Below are positions 53,048 to 53,956 of a DNA stretch of 53,956 nt, piece by piece (the stretch's first letter is position 1; the number at the start of each line of letters is the position of its first letter). The notes below the pieces were generated by a model. That model searched no databases. It was not told the DNA's origin and saw nothing but the letters and a program-made list of their open reading frames with translations. The position numbers and the translations under genes are program-made. The stretch is from a virus (taxonomy: Duplodnaviria; Caudoviricetes), in the IMG/VR virus record IMGVR_UViG_3300032087_000093, positions 1 to 53,956 of that record; one strand, given 5' to 3'.

Positions 53048-53956
53048 CTACGCGAAGTCGATGACGCCGCGAACGACAGCTTCTGGGCGCAGAACTTTGC
53101 GACCAAAAACGTGCAGACCACGAATAACGTCAGAGAACGACTCAGTTGAACGAACCACTTCGGTCTTAGCAATGTGCGAAGCAGTGGAGGTGGACGACAT
53201 GTGGCCAGCAAGAATCACATTCTCAGAGGCGTCAGTTGCCACACCAGACAGAGTTACCTGATCGGTACCTGCTGTTGAGTTAAGCGCAGTAGACTTGTAA
53301 CAGCGGAAACCAGCAAGGGTGCCCGGAATAGCAAGACCGTTACGCAGTGGAGAAGTAGCGTCACCAGTTACCTGAACTTCAGCCATCTTGTTTCCGGCTT
53401 GGAACATCTTCTCGTAGAAGATTGGTGGTGCTACAAACCAACGATTCTCTTCAGGCACAGACTGATCGTCCAGTGTACGTGCCATCAGCAGCATCAAGTT
53501 GATGCCAGCATCGTCAGTTTCTACGTTGATAGGAGCGGATGCAGTACCCAGCGCACTGTTTGTGGTGGTAAGACCACCTGACAGTGAAGCGTCGTCAGCA
53601 CCAGCGATACCTGCGCCATCAGAGATAGCTTGCAGGACGTTTGCATCGTACTTACGCTTCAGAGCAAATGCACCTGATGAGGTAGCAAGTGCTTCAAAGT
53701 TTACGTGCGAATGCCGCTCTTCGATGTCGTCAATCTTGAACGCGAAAGCGTTTGCGTTATCGACAACCATCGTGATTTGATCGTCAGCCAAGTCTTGTGC
53801 GTTTACGACGGAACCTCGTGTATACGAACTGACTGTGACTGTTGGTTCTTTGATGATGCGAACCGTGTCGCCAAAGTTTTCAATTTCGCCCGCGTAGTCG
53901 GTGTTTGTAATATCTTCTACAACCGAAGCACGACGGAAGAACTTGAGAACCTTTTG
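53048..53956 (-). CDS. major capsid protein, allele B (5' end cut by the window edge)
   Basis: Open frame to the window end; C-terminal FSDVIRGLHVFGRKVLRPE; same protein as 1-928. Confidence 0.93.
   Translation of the reverse strand, partial: QKVLKFFRRASVVEDITNTDYAGEIENFGDTVRIIKEPTVTVSSYTRGSVVNAQDLADDQITMVVDNANAFAFKIDDIEERHSHVNFEALATSSGAFALKRKYDANVLQAISDGAGIAGADDASLSGGLTTTNSALGTASAPINVETDDAGINLMLLMARTLDDQSVPEENRWFVAPPIFYEKMFQAGNKMAEVQVTGDATSPLRNGLAIPGTLAGFRCYKSTALNSTAGTDQVTLSGVATDASENVILAGHMSSTSTASHIAKTEVVRSTESFSDVIRGLHVFGRKVLRPEAVVRGVIDFA
53098..53956. repeat. terminal direct repeat copy B (pairs with 1-859)
   Basis: First 91 nt and last 44 nt identical to copy A; divergent in between. Confidence 0.95.

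Noticed and set aside
193-53780. Many ORF-track entries antisense to or out of frame within long genes (e.g. 12733-13272, 21780-22583, 33088-33810, 40360-41016, 43867-44517)
   Set aside because: Shadow frames of well-supported genes, with no RBS or recognisable motifs.
1-53956. tRNA, rRNA, inteins or introns
   Set aside because: No cloverleaf or rRNA-like sequence noticed; terL, helicase, PolA and NrdJ have normal lengths without splicing motifs. tRNAscan/Infernal were not run.

Overview
The window is an apparently complete, circularly permuted genome (unit length about 53,097 bp) of a marine podovirus with no RNA polymerase gene. It is best placed with the HMO-2011-type phages (hosts SAR116/Roseobacter Alphaproteobacteria) because its family A DNA polymerase carries a two-motif CxxCxGxG DnaJ-type zinc finger. 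Layout: (i) a leftward early operon (16270 to 11879); (ii) a rightward replication operon (16409-26857: primase, DnaB-like helicase, HNH, split PolA, SSB-like protein, PD-(D/E)xK nuclease, T7 endonuclease I-like, DUF3310, class II RNR); (iii) a long leftward late region (terS, terL, portal, scaffold, capsid, basic proteins, lysis, tail, tail fibres, internal virion proteins). Both ends carry the same 859-bp part of the capsid gene as two alleles about 91% identical. The most unusual element is a 641-aa protein between terL and portal that joins a tyrosine-recombinase catalytic domain (R-K-SxxR-H-Y) to an internal-virion-like tail, a candidate virion-delivered recombinase/resolvase. Also notable: 41-bp DNA-conserved junction repeats shared by three tail-fibre genes, a recurrent xxxGG motif in late proteins, tandem hairpins with identical internal loops before the scaffold gene, a promoter firing into an ORF-less structured region, and a repeated YTGACAWWATT site. 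All calls are by-eye motif recognition; no database searches were run.
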